Virus record (IMG/VR): IMGVR_UViG_2061766007_000513
Source of the DNA: an uncultured virus (IMG/VR IMGVR_UViG_2061766007_000513)
Taxonomy: Duplodnaviria; Heunggongvirae; Uroviricota; Caudoviricetes
Length of the DNA stretch: 2,158 nucleotides
Reading direction: 5' to 3' (one strand)
Positions 1-2,158 of this stretch are shown here, one piece after another (the first letter of the stretch is position 1; each line of letters opens with the position of its first letter). Under the pieces are notes generated by a model. That model worked only from the letters and a program-made list of their open reading frames with translations, was not told the DNA's origin and ran no database searches. Both the position numbers and the translations under genes were made by a program.

Positions 1-45
1 GGCCGGCTTTAATAATTCTCAATAGGTATTGAAACCAATGGGAAA

Positions 46-210
46 TTATTGTTGCCTTACTGGTTGATTAGCAGGAAACATTCTTCTTGCTTCATTATAA
101 GCTTTGTTATATTGTTCCTGTGTAATCTTACCGTTTTGTAAGAGATAGTTAATTATATCAGTTGGATTATTAATATTGTTTGGTATTGTAATACCTCTAC
201 TAGCCATAAC
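46..210 (-). CDS. Small hypothetical protein, probably 5'-truncated at the scaffold gap; (V)MASRGITIPNNINNPTDIINYLLQNGKITQEQYNKAYNEARRMFPANQPVRQQ*
   Basis: Hand translation of the reverse strand. The frame is open from the gap edge (210), with ATG at 207-205 and TAA at 48-46 (53 aa from the ATG). The amphipathic pattern NP..II.YLLQNG.ITQEQYN.A resembles, from recollection rather than a search, small uncharacterised proteins of Bacillota phages/prophages. Confidence 0.7.
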   Translation of the reverse strand, partial: VMASRGITIPNNINNPTDIINYLLQNGKITQEQYNKAYNEARRMFPANQPVRQQ

Positions 211-211
211 T

Positions 212-221
212 NNNNNNNNNN
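212..221. other. Scaffold gap (10 N placeholder)
   Basis: A run of exactly 10 N separates two oppositely oriented coding fragments, so the true gap is probably larger than 10 nt. Confidence 0.85.
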
Positions 222-984
222 AATATGAATCAGATATATTACTTTATATGGCTGACTTTGTCGAATTTCCATTTAATCTTATTGGTAAAAAAGAATTTAA
301 GATAGTTCACTGCGATTATACAAATATTCCAAGAGATTTACCAGACCTTAGCGGACATTTTATAGCAGTATCTGAANNNNNNNNNNNNNNNNNNNNNNNN
401 NNNNNNNNNNNNNNNNNNNNNNNNNNNNNNNGATTTAATAAACCTTGTAGTTATATTGAGTCTGTAGTAACTGATAACAAAAAGAGGCAAAGAGTCTTAA
501 AACTCATTAGTTGTTCACGAGTTTACAAAAATAAAGGTTTTGAAAGAATGTTTCAGTTAGCTAATGAATTAAAGAAANNNNNNNNNNNNNNNNNNNNTAT
601 AATTTTACAGAATTGGATAAAGCAGGAATTGAAACATTAAAGAAAATTCCACAAAACGATATATTCTTTATGCCATCAATTGACCATGATAGGTTAATGG
701 ATTATATAGCAGATTCAGATTACTTAGTTCAGTTATCTGACGCTGAAGGTTATTGTTATGCTGTGCATGAAGCTCTTGTTGTTGGGACTCCTGTTATTGT
801 GACTGACATTCCGACTTTTAGACAAGAAATTCAAAATGGGGTGAATGGATATAAAGTTCCACTTAATATGAGTTATATCGATATTGATAATATTGTTAAT
901 AATATACCTAGAACACATTATGGTTATTATAATCTTATTGTCGATGAATGCAAAAAGAAGTGGACTGAGTATTTAGGAATTTAA
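222..984 (+). CDS. Glycosyltransferase, GT-B fold, GT4-like (Glycos_transf_1 C-terminal domain); N-terminus missing, interrupted by two N-gaps
   Basis: GT4 hallmarks appear in the expected order: IVHCDY (His at 308-310), FIAVSE (359-376), the R-x4-KG donor-binding motif SRVYKNKG (R at 518-520), and DYLVQLSDAEGYCYAVHEALVVGTPVIVTD with the E-x7-E motif (745-771), followed by EIQNGVNGY. The stop is TAA at 982-984. The frame changes only across the 20-N run at 578-597 (…ANELKK / YNFTELDKAGIE…), so track ORFs 176..640 and 613..984 are parts of one gene. Confidence 0.88.
377..431. other. Assembly gap/masked bases (55 N) inside the glycosyltransferase
   Basis: N-run with the same reading frame on both sides. 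Confidence 0.9.
578..597. other. Assembly gap/masked bases (20 N) inside the glycosyltransferase
   Basis: N-run with different reading frames on the two sides. A true length of 18 or 21 nt would restore the frame. Confidence 0.9.
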
Positions 985-990
985 GGAGAG
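983..990 (+). promoter_or_regulatory. Shine-Dalgarno site (AAGGAGAG) for the CDS at 998
   Basis: AAGGAG overlaps the glycosyltransferase stop codon, and AAGGAGAG ends 7 nt before the ATG at 998-1000. Confidence 0.8.
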
Positions 991-997
991 TGTTTAT

Positions 998-1756
998 ATG
1001 GCTAATGTACCACAAGAATATGAATCATATATTAACACTATAAATGGAAGTGGATTTAACTTTAAAAATTATCCTATACAATATGGTACTAATGTTGCTC
1101 AACCCATTGTAGAAACTGATATAGAAAACATGTCTTGGGTCGTTGGAAGGAATTATGCTAGATGGGATCAAGTATACCCTTCAACTCCAATTACAGTTAA
1201 ATTATCTGGAGACACTACTCATATAACAGTAACATATGAAGGATATAGTAATTCTGAATATACAAAGTGTAATGATTACTATAGAATAATGTATTATGAT
1301 AAATCATATGATTCACAAAGTCCACAAAATATTTTATTAGGTTCAAATGTATATTCGGCATATTATGGAATGAACTATTATTCTGTTAGTAATTTCACTA
1401 CTGAATTTGCAATTAATAATTCCGATAATATACAACAAGCTTTACTATATTTAACATCGCGTTTCAAAAATATTGTAATTTGTGTTAATGATGTAAAATG
1501 GTCAGATCCATTTACTCCAACAACAGCAACAGTTAAAGTGACATGTAATATACCAAAAGAACCAGATTACAAATATATAAAGCTTACATATAAAAAAGAT
1601 ACAAGACCTGATAGTTGGGAAGATGGTTCATCAATCGACATAACAAAGAATGCTGTAACAATAGATATTCCCGGACTCGACATTGGATCAATGTATTGGT
1701 TTACTATATTTACTGATATAAATGAGTCTGAGTCTGTTCCTTTTGAAGTAAATTAA
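998..1756 (+). CDS. Hypothetical 252-aa protein: Tyr/Asn-rich N-terminal region of unknown fold plus C-terminal FN3/Ig-like domain; putative phage structural/accessory surface protein
   Basis: Uninterrupted ORF with a strong RBS. There is no evident signal peptide or transmembrane segment. A Pro/Thr linker (DPFTPTT) precedes residues 177-249, which carry alternating beta-strand patterns and an FN3-like tyrosine-corner signature (IDIPGLDIGSMYWFTIF, compare L-x-P-G-x-x-Y-x-F). Confidence 0.8.
   Translation: MANVPQEYESYINTINGSGFNFKNYPIQYGTNVAQPIVETDIENMSWVVGRNYARWDQVYPSTPITVKLSGDTTHITVTYEGYSNSEYTKCNDYYRIMYYDKSYDSQSPQNILLGSNVYSAYYGMNYYSVSNFTTEFAINNSDNIQQALLYLTSRFKNIVICVNDVKWSDPFTPTTATVKVTCNIPKEPDYKYIKLTYKKDTRPDSWEDGSSIDITKNAVTIDIPGLDIGSMYWFTIFTDINESESVPFEVN
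1526..1744 (+). repeat. Copy 1 of duplicated ~73-codon FN3/Ig-like domain
   Basis: ATVKVTCNIPKEPDYKYIKLTYKKDTRPDSWEDGSSIDITKNAVTIDIPGLDIGSMYWFTIFTDINESESVPF aligns with 1778-1993 with one gap and 41/73 identities. Confidence 0.9.
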
Positions 1757-1761
1757 CAAAT

Positions 1762-1766
1762 GAGGG
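1762..1766 (+). promoter_or_regulatory. Shine-Dalgarno site (GAGGG) for the CDS at 1775
   Basis: GAGGG ends 8 nt upstream of the ATG at 1775-1777, with an AT-rich spacer. Confidence 0.7.
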
Positions 1767-1774
1767 TATAAAAT

Positions 1775-2158
1775 ATGGCAAAAGTAAAAGTAAATTATTA
1801 TATACCTGAAGGTACATATCAGTATGCCAAAATTACTTATAAGAAAGATACAAGACCCGAATCTGTTAATGATGGTACTTTGGTTAATATTGATGTAACT
1901 AAAGATTCTGTTGACATAGACGGACTTGATGATCTTTCTGATTATTGGTTTGCTATCTTCACCGATGTAAATCAATCTGAAGCAGTACCTTTTAATACTG
2001 GTGAATCTCAAAGTATGATCCTTAATATATGGGATTATCAAAATAATATAAAAACAAACGTTCTTAGAAATGGAGAAAAAGAACAATCATTCTATTTATG
2101 GAACGACAATTTTTTATATTGTTATAGAGATAATTCACGATATGGTTTATACGTATCT
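1775..2158 (+). CDS. Hypothetical protein, 3'-truncated (at least 128 aa), with N-terminal FN3/Ig-like domain paralogous to the C-terminus of the upstream gene
   Basis: Hand translation: MAKVKVNYYIPEGTYQYAKITYKKDTRPESVNDGTLVNIDVTKDSVDIDGLDDLSDYWFAIFTDVNQSEAVPFNTGESQSMILNIWDYQNNIKTNVLRNGEKEQSFYLWNDNFLYCYRDNSRYGLYVS. It is open to the window end and has an RBS. Protein-level conservation with many synonymous changes versus copy 1 supports this frame. Confidence 0.88.
   Translation, partial: MAKVKVNYYIPEGTYQYAKITYKKDTRPESVNDGTLVNIDVTKDSVDIDGLDDLSDYWFAIFTDVNQSEAVPFNTGESQSMILNIWDYQNNIKTNVLRNGEKEQSFYLWNDNFLYCYRDNSRYGLYVS
1778..1993 (+). repeat. Copy 2 of duplicated FN3/Ig-like domain
   Basis: Shares the blocks TYKKDTRP.S..DG, DI.GLD..S.YWF.IFTD.N.SE.VPF and A.VKV...IP with 1526-1744. 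Confidence 0.9.

Noticed and set aside
176..211. TTG start and hydrophobic leader MFGIVIPLLAIT of track ORF 176..640
   Set aside because: It is the antisense of the minus-strand gene and is joined to the glycosyltransferase only by reading through the 10-N placeholder. It is not a real signal peptide.
733..918. Minus-strand 61-aa ORF
   Set aside because: Antisense shadow of the conserved glycosyltransferase domain, with no recognisable features.
613..984. Stand-alone 123-aa gene starting at TTG 613
   Set aside because: The frame is open upstream to the gap (YNFTEL), no RBS is visible in the called bases, and it encodes only the C-terminal part of the GT-B enzyme.
1754..1777. Stop-codon readthrough or recoding fusing the two FN3 genes, which are in the same frame
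   Set aside because: Two in-frame TAA stops (1754-1756 and 1769-1771) intervene, and the second gene has its own RBS. The tiny MRV* frame at 1760-1771 simply overlaps that RBS.
1526..1993. Diversity-generating retroelement template/variable repeat pair
   Set aside because: Differences are not adenine-specific (many C/T synonymous changes plus a codon indel), identity is too low, both copies are coding, and no reverse transcriptase is visible in the window.
1688..2086. Minus-strand 132-aa ORF
   Set aside because: Ile/Phe-rich antisense shadow overlapping two plus-strand genes whose frames are supported by RBSs and paralog conservation.
1..2158. CRISPR array, tRNA/rRNA, IS element or alternative genetic code
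   Set aside because: No regularly spaced repeats, cloverleaf or transposase motifs were seen. The inferred genes read without internal TAG/TGA, so there is no evidence of recoding.

Overview
AT-rich, phage/prophage-like fragment (Bacillota-type AGGAG/GAGG ribosome-binding sites) with three N-runs (212-221, 377-431, 578-597). It contains four coding regions. (1) The C-terminal part of a small Asn/Gln-rich protein on the minus strand (46-210), missed by the ORF track. (2) One GT-B fold, GT4-like glycosyltransferase (222-984) whose N-terminus is lost in the first gap. The ORF track splits it in two only because the 20-N gap is not a multiple of 3. (3) A 252-aa Tyr/Asn-rich protein (998-1756) ending in a ~73-aa fibronectin type III (FN3)/Ig-like domain. 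(4) A 3'-truncated gene (1775->2158), also absent from the track, that begins with a paralogous copy of that domain (41/73 identical residues by hand alignment). The most notable signal is this shared module, C-terminal in one gene and N-terminal in the next, each fused to an unrelated region and closely linked to a glycosyltransferase. This suggests a modular virion-surface/adhesin cassette, which is an inference.
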